Part shown: positions 16,669 through 26,352 of the stretch, in pieces
How the letters are laid out: each line of letters opens with the position of its first letter
Position numbering within the stretch: position 1 is the first letter of the stretch
DNA from: an uncultured Acidimicrobiales bacterium
Lineage (GTDB): Bacteria; Actinomycetota; Acidimicrobiia; Acidimicrobiales; DATKAS01
DNA: 64,000 nt
Assembly (NCBI GenBank): GCA_963747215.1
Contig: CAVVET010000029.1
Location: forward strand, 79,688-143,687
Direction of reading: 5' to 3'
Notes under the pieces: generated by a model
Seen by the model: only the letters and a program-made list of their open reading frames with translations
Told to the model about the DNA's origin: nothing
The model's database searches: none
Program-made: the position numbers and the translations under genes

Positions 16669-19531
16669 CTACACCTGATCGGCGTACGCGCTCAACGGGG
16701 GGCACGAGCACATCAGGTTGCGGTCGCCCTGGGCGCCGTCGATGCGGCCCACCGGCGGCCAGTACTTGGCTCGCCGCAATGACGCGACCGGGTATGCCGC
16801 GCGACTGCGCGGATAGGCCCGCGTCCACTCATCGGCGGTGACCTCGTCGGCGGTGTGGGGCGCGTGGCGGAGCGGGTTGTCCTCGCGGTCGAGCGCTCCG
16901 GAGGCGACCTCTCTGATCTCCTCGCGGATGGCGACCATCGCCGAGCAGAAGCGGTCCAGCTCGGCGAGGTCTTCGGACTCGGTCGGCTCGACCATCAGCG
17001 TCCCCGGCACGGGGAACGACATCGTGGGGGCGTGCAGCCCGTAGTCGATGAGCCGCTTCGCGACGTCGTCCACCGTCACGCCGGTCTGCTTCGTGATCGC
17101 GCGCAGGTCGAGGATGGACTCGTGTGCCACGAGGTCCGACGCCCCGGTGTAGAGGACGGGGTAATGAGGAGCGAGGCGCCGGGCGACATAGTTGGCGCTG
17201 AGGATCGCCACCTGAGTTGCGGTGCGCAGCCCGTCGGGGCCCATCGCGCGCATGTAGGCCCAGGGGATCGTCAGGATGAGCGCGGAACCCCACGGCGCGC
17301 CCGAGATCGGACCGACGCCCGTCGCCGGACCTGCTTCGGCGAGGAGTGGATGGTTGGGGAGGAAAGGCGCGAGGTGGGAACGGACGCCGATCGGGTCCGA
17401 CCCCCGGCCCCCCTCCTCCATGAGGGATGCAGAACGTCTTGTGCAGGTTCAGATGCGACACGTCCGCGCCGAACTTGCCGGGCTGCGCCAGACCGACCAT
17501 CGCGTTCAGGTTGGCGCCGTCGAGGTACACCTGTCCGCCCGCGCCGTGCACGAGGTCGCAGATCTCGGTGATGCGATCCTCGAAGACCCCGTGCGTGGAC
17601 GGGTAGGTGATCATCAGGGCGCCGAGGCGCTCGCGGTGTTCGTCGAGCTTGGCTCGTAAGTCGTCGACGTCGACGTTGCCCTGCTCGTCACACGCGACGA
17701 CCACCACGTCGAAGCCGGCCATGACCGCGCTCGCCGGATTGGTGCCGTGGGCCGAGGCCGGGATGAGGCACACCGTGCGCCCGATGTCGCCACGGCTGCG
17801 GTGATAGGCGCGAATCGCGAGGAGCCCCGCATATTCACCCTGCGACCCCACGTTCGGCTGCAGCGAGACCGCGTCGTAGCCCGTGATCGCGCACAACCAT
17901 TCCTGCAGATCGGCGAAGAGCTGCAGGTAGCCGGCCGCCTGGTCCACGGGTGCGAACGGGTGGATGGATGCGAATTCGGGCCAGCTGATCGGCGCCATCT
18001 CGGTCGTCGCGTTGAGCTTCATCGTGCACGAGCCGAGCGGGATCATCGACCGGTCGAGCGCGATGTCGCGATCGCTCAGGTACCGCAGGTATCGGAGCAT
18101 CGCCGTCTCGGAGTGATGCGTGTGAAAGACCGGGTGGACCAGGTACGGCGAGGTGCGCGTGAGGCTCGGAGGGATCGCGCCTGCGGCCTCGGCGGGGAGC
18201 GCGTCTCGATGCCGAACGCTCCGAGCACTGCGTCGACGTGATCGACGGTGGTCGTCTCGTCGAATGCGACGGCAACCCGGTCGGCGTCGACACGCCGGAC
18301 GTTCACCCCACGTGCCAGCGCGGCGGCGACGATCGCATCGGCCCGACCCGCTGTCCGTATCGTCACTGTGTCGAAATATGCCGCGTGCTCGACAGCGGCG
18401 CCATCGGCCGTTGCGACGGCCGTCGGCGAACAGGTTGGCAAGGGAGTGCACGCGTGACGCGATGCGGCGCAGGCCGTCGGGGCCGTGGTACACGGCGTAC
18501 ATCGAGGCGACGACGGCGAGCAGCACCTGCGCGGTGCAGATGTTGCTCGTCGCCTTCTCGCGACGGATGTGCTGCTCGCGCGTCTGCAGCGCGAGACGGA
18601 ACGCGGTGCGCCCCGCGTCGTCCTTCGACACTCCGACGAGGCGGCCGGGGAGCGACCGCGCGAATTCCGTCCGCGTGGCGATGAACCCGGCATGAGGTCC
18701 ACCGAAGCCGAGGGGAACACCGAACCGCTGCGCCGAGCCGATGACGATGTCCGCCCCTTGTTCTCCGGGCGGGACCACGAGGCAACAGGCGAGGAGATCG
18801 GTCGCGACGATCACGAGACCGCCCGCCTTCTGCACCGCCCCACTGAGCGGATGCAGGTCACGGATCTCACCGGTCGTCGTCGGCGTCTGGACCAGCACCG
18901 CGAAGGGTGTCTCGCCTCGGGACACGAGCTGCTCCGCATCGCCCACCTCGACGTCGATGCCGAGCGGCTCCGCACGCGTCTGGACGACCGCGATCGTGTG
19001 CGGGTGGCAGCCCTCGTCGATGACGAAGCGGCTCGACGCGTCCTTCGGCGCGAGACGGCGCGCCATCGCCATCGCTTCCGCCGCGGCGGTGGGTTCGTCG
19101 AGCAGCGACGCGTTCGCGAGCTCCATCCCCGTGAGGTCGCTGACCATCGTCTGGAAGTTCAGGAGCGCCTCGAGGCGGCCCTGCGAGATCTCAGGCTGGT
19201 ACGGCGTGTACGCCGTGTACCACGACGGATCCTCGAGCACGTTGCGCTGGATGACCGGAGGGGTGACGGTGCCGTGATACCCGAGGCCGATCAGCGACGG
19301 CACCACGCGGTTGCGGTCGGCGAGGGCCCGCAACGCGGCCGTCGTCGCCGCTTCGCCGAGCGCGGCGGGCAGAGCGAGGGGCGCGTCGGACCGAATCGTC
19401 GTCGGCACGGCAGCGGCGGTGAGCTCGTCGAGCGTCGTGTACCCGAGCTCCGACAGCATCTTCGCCTGATCAGCGGGGGAGGGACCGATGTGGCGATCGA
19501 GAAATCGATCGGTCGGCTCGAGGTCTGCCAT
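16669..19531 (-). pseudogene. gcvP: Glycine dehydrogenase (decarboxylating), glycine cleavage P protein; at least 3 frameshifts
   Basis: [17 protein letters not shown]...[20 protein letters not shown]...[12 protein letters not shown]...CTMKLNAT...[19 protein letters not shown]. The frame leaves near 18430 and returns near 18160; the middle piece is in ORF 18076-18720. It shifts again near 17400-17420, and the C-terminus is in ORF 16669-17421. The ATG is at 19531. Confidence 0.9.
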
Positions 19532-19574
19532 CGGGGCCTCGCTCTCGGTGGGCTCGCGTCGGGGTGAACGTTCC

Positions 19575-19765
19575 CCCTCTGTCGCGGAACCTGAGAGATT
19601 CACCGGACTCGCCGGCTTTCCCCGTCGGTGAGGCCATCCTGCGATGACCTGCTCTCCAGAGTTGCCTTACCCGTGCGGTCCTTGGGCCTGAGAGATTCCG
19701 GGGAGGTTGCTCCTTCGGCGCCCTCACCCCGACAACGGGTCGGTTGAGGGACTCTCCCGCATGGG
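19575..19765 (-). promoter_or_regulatory. Tandem (two-aptamer) glycine riboswitch in the gcvP leader
   Basis: The minus strand reads GCGGGAGAGTCCC...GGCGCCGAAGGAGCAACC...GGAATCTCTCAGGCCCAAGGACCG (aptamer 1). It then reads CTCTGGAGAGCAGG...CTCACCGACGGGGAAAGCC...GTGAATCTCTCAGGTTCCGCGACAGAG (aptamer 2). Both carry the GGAGAG / ACCGAAGG(G/A)GCAA-like / CTCTCAGG..GAC cores. The element ends about 46 nt before the gcvP ATG. Confidence 0.88.
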
Positions 19766-19848
19766 TTCGACGGCAGGTCGACTCTACCCGTGCCGTCGAC
19801 AGACCGAGGGACCCTCAACCCCGCGGCGAAGATGCCGACGGCAGAAGA

Positions 19849-20036
19849 TGGCGGCGGAACGACCTTTCCCTCAAGAGCAGTGCCCGACCTGCGGACAGGC
19901 ACGAGTCTCGATCGTCCTCACCACGACGCCGGCGCGCATCGAGCGCCACGGCTGTTCGACGGAGACCTGCGCGGCGGAGTGGCGCCTCGACGGGGAAGTG
20001 GCCGACCGCGGCCGCGCCTTCGCACGCCTCGTCTGA
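19849..20036 (+). CDS. Possible small zinc-ribbon protein (62 aa), hypothetical
   Basis: Internal ATG of ORF 19707-20036: MAAERPFPQEQCPTCGQARV...HGCSTETCAAEW (CxxC...CxxxxC). The upstream part of the listed ORF overlaps the riboswitch and is rejected. The only support is the cysteine pattern. Confidence 0.25.
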
Positions 20037-20082
20037 CCCGGTCACCGACCCGGCGGGCATCCGGCCCAACTCGACATAACGG

Positions 20083-20466
20083 TCATTCTGGGCGGTATGC
20101 CGCGAGCGGTCGGGCGGCGTCGAGCAGCCACGCCAGCGCCGATCGCAGATCTGCGGCGCTCGCCTTGCCGTCCGGCCAGTGCAAATCCCGTTCGACGTCG
20201 TCGATGGCGCAGCGCATCACGTACACGAGATCGCCGAGACGCTCGAGCTCACGACGGGCGATCACGACGTCGGATTCCGCAAGCCCGAGCTCTTGTCCAC
20301 GACGGCGAGCTTCGTAGTCGCGCTGGCGGCAGCTGCGCCGGCAGTACAGCGCCGGTCGACCCGGGCCCGACGAACGCAGGTATGGGCGCCCGCACCACCG
20401 GCATCGACAGGTCTGTCCCCGCGTCTGTTCGCGCGCCTGTGCCGAGGTCACCCCAGTATTCGTCAC
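20083..20466 (-). CDS. Hypothetical protein with N-terminal zinc ribbon
   Basis: CRCRWCGRPYLRSSGPGRPALYCRRSCRQRDYEARRR is a CxCxxC...GRPxxYC..CRQRxYxxR motif common in small actinobacterial and actinophage DNA-binding proteins. A helical C-terminal half follows. Confidence 0.5.
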   Translation of the reverse strand: MTNTGVTSAQAREQTRGQTCRCRWCGRPYLRSSGPGRPALYCRRSCRQRDYEARRRGQELGLAESDVVIARRELERLGDLVYVMRCAIDDVERDLHWPDGKASAADLRSALAWLLDAARPLAAYRPE

Positions 20467-20541
20467 TGTGACGAAACAGTACTTCGATCCGGGTCCCGGG
20501 GCGCGGACCGTCGCGTACCTCGACGGCTAGGTTTGCGACCC

Positions 20542-22333
20542 ATGTCGCGCCGGATCGAGGTGGAGCTCACGAGCGCGCGCCCGGACGGCAGCTGGACGTG
20601 GCGGGCCGCGGGCGCCCGCGAGCCGCGCGGCGTCATGGACGGGAATCTGCTCAGACCCGGGGCCAAGGTCGGCGACGTGTTGAAGGTCGAGGCCGACATC
20701 GATCTCGAAGGCATCTCGGTGCTGCAGGTCATCGCGGACAAGGCGCCCCGTGCCGAGCCGGAGCGCCTCGAGCTGATCGGCTCGACGCAGCCATTCGAGC
20801 CCGTGGTCACGACGTTGGCGACCAAAGAGCGCAGCGATCGCCCGCCGCGCCGCGATCGCCCGCCGCGCACCGGTGACGACGCCGACGCGCGCCGATCGCG
20901 TCCACGACGGGAAGCCACGAACCGCAACGACCGCGGGCCTCGGCGTGATCGACCGGCCGGAGCGTCCCGCGAGGGGTCGGGCGAGATCGCCGACGCGTCC
21001 CGCGGCGTCGACGGGCGAGACCCGGCAATCTCGTCCCCCTCGCACCCGCACACCGCGTCCGCCGAGAGCAACGCGCCCCACTCCCCCGCCCGTCGAGACG
21101 AAGCCGAAGCCGAAGCGGTTGCGCCCGGGTCGCACGCATCGCAAGGCGCTGCTCGCGAACCTTCCACCCGAACAAGTGCCGGTCGCCGAACAGCTTCTCG
21201 CGGGCGGTCTGCCTGCGGTGCGTCAGGCGATCGTCACCCAGAACACCGCGCTGAAGGCCGAAGGAAAGCCGGAAGTGCCGTCGAAGAGCCTCATCGCCCT
21301 CGCCGAGCAGATGCTTCCTCAGGTGCGCGCCCGCGGAGTGGCGCGACCGTGCGGAAGCCGCGTTGGCCGACGTCGACGAGATCGACCTGCGCGACTTGCG
21401 CTCGGTCGTTGGTGCCGACGACGCGGCGCGAGACGAGGAGTCACGAGCTCTCGCCGCTCAGCTGCGCGAGGCCTTGACAGCCCGTGTCGAGAAGGAACAC
21501 GCCGAATGGCTCGCCGAGATCGGCACCGCTCTCGACGAGGGTCGTGTCGTCCGCGCGCTGCGGCTGAGCACGCGTCCTCCGAAGGCAGGTGCACGATTCC
21601 CTTCGGCCCTCGCCACGCGCCTGGCCGAGTCCGCCGGCGCGTCGTTGCACGCGCAGGCCACCCCCGATCGCTGGATCGCGGTCCTCGAGGCCATCGCGTT
21701 CTCGCCGGTCCGCAGCTCGGTCCTCGCGGCCAGCGTGCCCTCGCCGGTACCTGACGAGCTCACCACCGCGATCACCAAGTCCGCCGGCGCCCTGCCTCAG
21801 ATCGCCGCACAGTTCGGCATCGAGCCGCCCGCGGTGACCGGCCCGCCGAAGCCGCGGCGCCCCGCGCCACCGAAGCGACCGGCGAAGAAGGCGGCCGCGT
21901 CACCTACCGCATCACCTCCCGCGAGCCCGGCGAACGTCGCAGCGGTGACTGAGCCGGCGAGCGAGGCGACGCCTGCGACTGAGGCGGCACCCGCTGCCCG
22001 AAGCCGAGGCCGCGGCAAACGTCGCGACTGAGGCGGCACTCGCCCCCGAAGCCGAGGCCGCCGCTCCCGTCGCGCTCGACGCGCCGACCCCCGAGGTCGT
22101 CGGCGGCGACGCGCCCGAGGTCGAGCCTGAGCCGGTCACGGTTGCCCCTGAGCCGGTCACGGTTGCCCCCGAGCCGGCCGTGGCTCCCCCCGAACTCGCC
22201 GCGGTCGCCTCCGACCCGATCGCTCTGGCCTCCGAGCCGGCCGCGCCCGATGCCGATCGTCGACGCTTCTGGCGACGACGTCACGGACGTGCCCCCCATT
22301 CAGGCGGCAGCCACTCCCGAACAGCCTGAGTAG
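20542..22333 (+). pseudogene. Conserved hypothetical protein with Arg-rich disordered centre and Ala/Pro/Glu-rich repeat tail; at least 3-4 frameshifts
   Basis: N-terminal domain from ATG 20542 (MSRRIEVELTSARPDGSWTWRAAGAREPRG...). The middle is in ORF 20873-21754 (...KPKPKRLRPGRTHRKALLANLPPEQVPVAEQLLAGGLPAVRQAIVTQN...). The next part is in ORF 21363-22031 (ADVDEIDLRDLRSVV...). One shift lies at a CCC run near 21336 (QVRA|AEWRDRAEAALADVDEI). The tail continues past the 22029 stop in shifted frames to 22333. Confidence 0.55.
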
Positions 22334-22344
22334 CCTGCGCCGCC

Positions 22345-23124
22345 ATGGCCATGGTGGAGTACGAGACTCGGGGACGCGTCGCGATCCTCACGTTGAATCG
22401 ACCCGAGGCGCGCAACGCCGTGAACGGCGAGGTCGCGTCCGACATGGAGGCGGCCGTCGACCGCATGGAGGCCGATCCCGAAGTGTGGGTCGGTGTCATC
22501 AGCGCCACGATCACCGGTGACCGTCCGGTGTTCAGCGCCGGCGCCGACTTGAAGGCCATCAACACTCCGGGCGCGGCCCCCCTCGCGACCGAGCGCGGCG
22601 GGTTTGCCGGCTTCGTCTACCGAGAACGCACCAAGCCCGTCATCGCAGCGGTCGACGGACTCGCCACCGCGGGCGGCTGCGAGATCGTGCTCGCGTGCGA
22701 CCTCGTGGTCGCGTCCAATCGCTCCTCCTTCGGGCTCGCCGAGGTGAAGCGCAACCTGATCGCAGGGGCGGGCGGGCTGTTTCGCCTGCCGCGCGCGATC
22801 GGACGCGCCGCAGCGATGGAGGTGATCCTCACCGGCGAGCCGCTGTCAGCGCAACGCGCCCACGACCTCGGGCTGGTCAACCGGTTGTGTGAGCCCGGTG
22901 CGTCACTCGACACCGCCATCGCCCTCGCCGAGCAGATCTGCCTCTCGGCCCCGATGGCGGTCGCCGAGAGTCGCAAGGTCGTGCTCGCCGCCGACTATGA
23001 GGACGACGACACGTTGAAGGCGATGACCAACGCCGCGATGGGCAAGGTCATGAGGTCCGACGATCTGAAGGAGGGGCTCGCGGCGTTCATCGAGAAGCGC
23101 GCGCCCCAATGGACCGGTCACTGA
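22345..23124 (+). CDS. Enoyl-CoA hydratase/isomerase (crotonase) family protein
   Basis: RVAILTLNRPEARNAVN...FSAGADLKA...KPVIAAVDGLATAGGCEIVLACDLVVAS..FGLAEVKRNLIAGAGG is the crotonase-fold oxyanion-hole pattern. Confidence 0.88.
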   Translation: MAMVEYETRGRVAILTLNRPEARNAVNGEVASDMEAAVDRMEADPEVWVGVISATITGDRPVFSAGADLKAINTPGAAPLATERGGFAGFVYRERTKPVIAAVDGLATAGGCEIVLACDLVVASNRSSFGLAEVKRNLIAGAGGLFRLPRAIGRAAAMEVILTGEPLSAQRAHDLGLVNRLCEPGASLDTAIALAEQICLSAPMAVAESRKVVLAADYEDDDTLKAMTNAAMGKVMRSDDLKEGLAAFIEKRAPQWTGH

Positions 23125-23127
23125 GGT

Positions 23128-23535
23128 TCAGCGGCTCGAATCGATGATGTCGTGCTCGCGCAAGAAGTCGGCGAGCCCATCGATCAGGTCGAGCTCACCG
23201 AGAAGCGAGAGCTCGACCCACGCGACCTCCTCCGCGTCGTCGTTCGCCGCCGCCTCGCCGCCGTCGACGCTGACCTCGAAGTCGAGAATGATTCGATGAT
23301 GGTCAGGGTCGATGCGCTCGGCCCATCCGACAAAGCGGCCGCAGACGCCGTTGAGGCCGGTCTCCTCTCGTAGCTCGCGCACGACTGCCTCGGCCAGCGT
23401 CTCGCCCCGCTCCACCCGACCGCCCGGTATCGACCACAGACCGCGTCCCGGCTCCCGTCCCCGACGGACCAGCAGCAACTGCGAGTCGCGGCGGACGATC
23501 GCGCCGACGCCGACCTCAGGGCGCATCGGCCTCAT
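23128..23535 (-). CDS. NUDIX hydrolase
   Basis: [24 protein letters not shown] is the Nudix box GX5EX7REUXEEXGU. The start is taken at internal ATG 23535 (or 23526). It overlaps the upstream GNAT stop. Confidence 0.85.
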   Translation of the reverse strand: MRPMRPEVGVGAIVRRDSQLLLVRRGREPGRGLWSIPGGRVERGETLAEAVVRELREETGLNGVCGRFVGWAERIDPDHHRIILDFEVSVDGGEAAANDDAEEVAWVELSLLGELDLIDGLADFLREHDIIDSSR

Positions 23536-24007
23536 CACCGTCGAGCCGGCGGTGCACCACGATCGCGCGGGCGACGAGCCCGAACGTCTCGAAGAAGTTC
23601 TTGGTGGCGCGATTACCCGGAAGGGCGAGACTGTCGATGCCGACACACCCCCGAGTCGAGCACCACGCCACGATGGCGTCCATGAGGCACTCACCGACGC
23701 TGACGTCACGGGCATCCGGCTCGACGTAGATGTCGGTGATCACCCCGAGCAACCCGTCGTCGTGGAGCCGCTCGACGTGCACGACCGCATATCCGATCAC
23801 CGCGCCTTCGATCTCGCCCACGAGCACCAGGCGGTCGTCGGCGGCGAGGTCGGACACAAACGACTCGTCATAGGGAGCGCGGCGCGCTTCCCGCCGGGCC
23901 CAGATGTCACCGCCCTTCGTCGGCGTGAGCTCGGCGATCGCCTGTTCAGCCAGCTCGGCGAGACGCACGACGTCGGCAGCGGTCGCCGGCCGAGCCGACT
24001 CCATCAC
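23516..24007 (-). CDS. GNAT family N-acetyltransferase
   Basis: [10 protein letters not shown]...[52 protein letters not shown] covers acetyl-CoA motif A and B regions. The GTG start overlaps the upstream stop (GTGA). Confidence 0.8.
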   Translation of the reverse strand: MMESARPATAADVVRLAELAEQAIAELTPTKGGDIWARREARRAPYDESFVSDLAADDRLVLVGEIEGAVIGYAVVHVERLHDDGLLGVITDIYVEPDARDVSVGECLMDAIVAWCSTRGCVGIDSLALPGNRATKNFFETFGLVARAIVVHRRLDGDEADAP

Positions 24008-24511
24008 GCGCTCTGTTGCAGCTGTGCCACCCGGTTGAGGATCGTGCGGCGGGCCCGGTGTGCCGCCTCGTAGCGACGGACTGCCTCGAGCTCATCGGGC
24101 TCGAGGCCGGCGAGTCGCGGCACCACTTGCGACGCGGCCAACGAGTCGTAGTCCGGGATGGCGAGGAGCGCAGCCTCGTTCGTGTCGTAGTTGGGACGGA
24201 TGTCGGCGGACGACGATCGACTCCTCGATCTCGGGATCGGGCGACGGCACCGCGACCGGTGCCGCCGGTGTCGTCGTGCCAGTCGGGGTCGACTCGGCCG
24301 TTGGGGTGTCGAGGAACTGATCGAGGAGCTGACCGACCTTCTCTTGTCCCTTCACGACTGCGACTTGGCCGATGACGCGCGCGATCGCGACACGCTTGCG
24401 GCCGCGACGTGCGAGCTTCGGCAACAGCTCGACCACACTCGCCGCCGCGCCGATCGGCGCGTAGACGAACATGTCGGCCAAGAGGTGCGCGGTCTTGTGT
24501 TCCTCAGACAC
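24004..24511 (-). pseudogene. Conserved actinobacterial hypothetical protein, frameshift near 24215
   Basis: ORF 24092-24511 (MSEEHKTAHLLADMFVYAPIGAA...) degenerates after ...PEIEESIVV. The shifted frame reads [65 protein letters not shown] then TGA (24004-24006). Confidence 0.6.
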
Positions 24512-24983
24512 AGTCGTTGCAGTACATGCGAGTCGCGTCAGCGAGCTGGCTCGGATGCTTCACGAGGAAGCAGGACTGGCACACGAACTCGCCCGGTCGC
24601 TTGGGGAGGATGCGATCGACAGGGTCGCCACGGTCGTCGACCTCGACCTCCTCGTCCTCTTCGTCGGGCTCCTCTTCGACCGCAACGAGGCGATCCTTGA
24701 GAATCGTGTCGAGCGCAGCCTCGACGTCGTCGGGCTCGACCATGTCCTCGTCGTCATCGTCGTCGTCAGCGGGCTCGTCGACGACGACGGGGCGGGGCGT
24801 GGTCTCGATCTCGTCGGGCTCGATGACGTCGACGTCGAGCACCTCATCGTCGAGGACGTCATCGTCGAGGACCTCGACATCGAGGTCCTCGAGATCGGGA
24901 TCGGCTTCTTCCAACTCATCTTCGAGCTCGTCTTCCGGGAACGCTTCGGTCTCGTCCTCGGCGAACTCTTCTTCGTCAGCCAT
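24504..24983 (-). CDS. DUF4193 family protein (highly acidic, C-terminal CxxC...CxxC)
   Basis: MADEEEFAEDE..., a long D/E-rich region, then PKRPGEFVCQSCFLVKHPSQLADATRMYCNDCV, the DUF4193 signature as I recall it. The start is internal ATG 24983. Confidence 0.75.
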   Translation of the reverse strand: MADEEEFAEDETEAFPEDELEDELEEADPDLEDLDVEVLDDDVLDDEVLDVDVIEPDEIETTPRPVVVDEPADDDDDDEDMVEPDDVEAALDTILKDRLVAVEEEPDEEDEEVEVDDRGDPVDRILPKRPGEFVCQSCFLVKHPSQLADATRMYCNDCV

Positions 24984-25084
24984 CGTGTCCTTGCGGAGCG
25001 GATTTTGGGGGGAGGCCGCTCGCGCGCCGCGGATCATACGCAACCAGCCGTCGAGTTCCACCCACCCCTGTGCACAGGGGGCCC

Positions 25085-26233
25085 TCAGAACCGGGCCCTG
25101 AGCGCAAAGACCACGTTGACGTAGGCGGCCGTCGTGGCCTTCATCCCGTCCCGCCGGATCGAGGTCAGCCCTTGGTAGTAGCCGGCCACGGCCAGATTCA
25201 CGTCACCACCCGTGAGCGAGAGGAGGTGGGCGAGGAACCGGGCGCTCATGCGGATGTTGTCGTCGGCCAGGTAGGGGTCGAGAGGGGCGCCGATGAGGAA
25301 GCTCGCCACCCACGCTGCGGTGGATGGCAGGAGCTGCCCCACGCCGATGGCACCCGACGACGACACGACGGTCTGCTGCCACCCGGACTCCATCCACGCC
25401 AGCGCCTTGAGGAGGTCAGGAGCGATGCCGTACTCGGCCGCCCAGCGGTCGAACGACGGAAGCAGGGCGAGCCGTTCGGGATAGGTGTGGAGGCCTAGGG
25501 GCAACCGGGCCAGCTGGTCAGGGGAGAGCCACGGGGCCATAGCGGCCGCGGTGAGGGTGCCCGTCGGAGGAGCAGCTGACGTGGACGCAGCCGGCGGCGG
25601 GACGGTGAGTGACGGGTCCGCGGCCGGTGGTGTCGCGATGGTGGTGGAGGTCACGCTGGGCGTCGGACTGGGCGTCTCGGCAGTCGGGGCGGCGGGCGCG
25701 GGCACGCTCACCGAGGGAATCCGCAGGGTTGTGCCGACGAGCACCCGGTTCGGGTTCGGGATGCGGTTCGTCGCCGCGAGGACAGCGACAGTGACCTTGA
25801 ACCGGCGGGCGACGGCGAAGAGGCTGTCGCCCCGTCGAAGCACGTAGGTGATCTCGCTCGCCCCGGGCGCTTCGGGCCCCGGCGTGACTGGGACGGGCAC
25901 AGGCTCGAGACCTGGGGTCACCGGCGCGGGCGCAGCGGCGGTCGGGATCACGAGCCATTGGCCGACCATGATTCGGTTGACGTTCGTGATGCCGTTGGCG
26001 GCCGCCAAGGCCGGGACCGTCACACCGTTGCGCCGGGCGATGAGCGACAGCGACTCGCCCTTGCGAACCTGGTGCCGAAGCTCGACGGGGGCGCCGCTCG
26101 CCGGCGCGACGGGAGGCGTCTCGACCGCGGCAGCGACGTCGGCCGCCATGAGGGAGAACGTGACCGCGATCGCCGCACAAGGGACGACACGCGAGACAAG
26201 CGGGCGAAGGGCAGAGATACGGGCACGGCGCAT
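25085..26233 (-). CDS. Secreted LysM-domain lytic transglycosylase (2x LysM + SLT domain)
   Basis: Signal/TM anchor. Two LysM repeats (HQVRKGESLSLIARRNGVTVPALAAANGI..., YVLRRGDSLFAVARRFKVTVAVLAATNRI...). SLT core LLKALAWMESGWQQTVVSSSGAIGVGQL...AGYYQG. Confidence 0.85.
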   Translation of the reverse strand: MRRARISALRPLVSRVVPCAAIAVTFSLMAADVAAAVETPPVAPASGAPVELRHQVRKGESLSLIARRNGVTVPALAAANGITNVNRIMVGQWLVIPTAAAPAPVTPGLEPVPVPVTPGPEAPGASEITYVLRRGDSLFAVARRFKVTVAVLAATNRIPNPNRVLVGTTLRIPSVSVPAPAAPTAETPSPTPSVTSTTIATPPAADPSLTVPPPAASTSAAPPTGTLTAAAMAPWLSPDQLARLPLGLHTYPERLALLPSFDRWAAEYGIAPDLLKALAWMESGWQQTVVSSSGAIGVGQLLPSTAAWVASFLIGAPLDPYLADDNIRMSARFLAHLLSLTGGDVNLAVAGYYQGLTSIRRDGMKATTAAYVNVVFALRARF

Positions 26234-26307
26234 GAAACCTCCGCCGCCCGCTGGCCGGAGAGTGTACCCAGTGAGCTGGACGGACGGAAGCGGAGGGACC
26301 GGTGACC

Positions 26308-26352
26308 GTCAATGACCGAGGCGTCAATGACCGAGGCGTCAGTGGCCGAGGC
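26308..26352. repeat. 15-bp tandem repeat x3 spanning the thyX-like stop codon
   Basis: GTCAATGACCGAGGC (26308-22), the same unit again (26323-37), and GTCAGTGGCCGAGGC (26338-52). On the coding (minus) strand each unit reads R-L-G-H-stop in frame. Confidence 0.9.

Noticed and set aside
19707-19848. 5' part of ORF 19707-20036 (and ORFs 19744-20079, 19790-20317) as coding sequence
   Set aside because: These frames run across the complement of the glycine riboswitch and have Arg/Pro-rich composition. Only the distal ATG-initiated zinc-ribbon segment was kept, and at low confidence.
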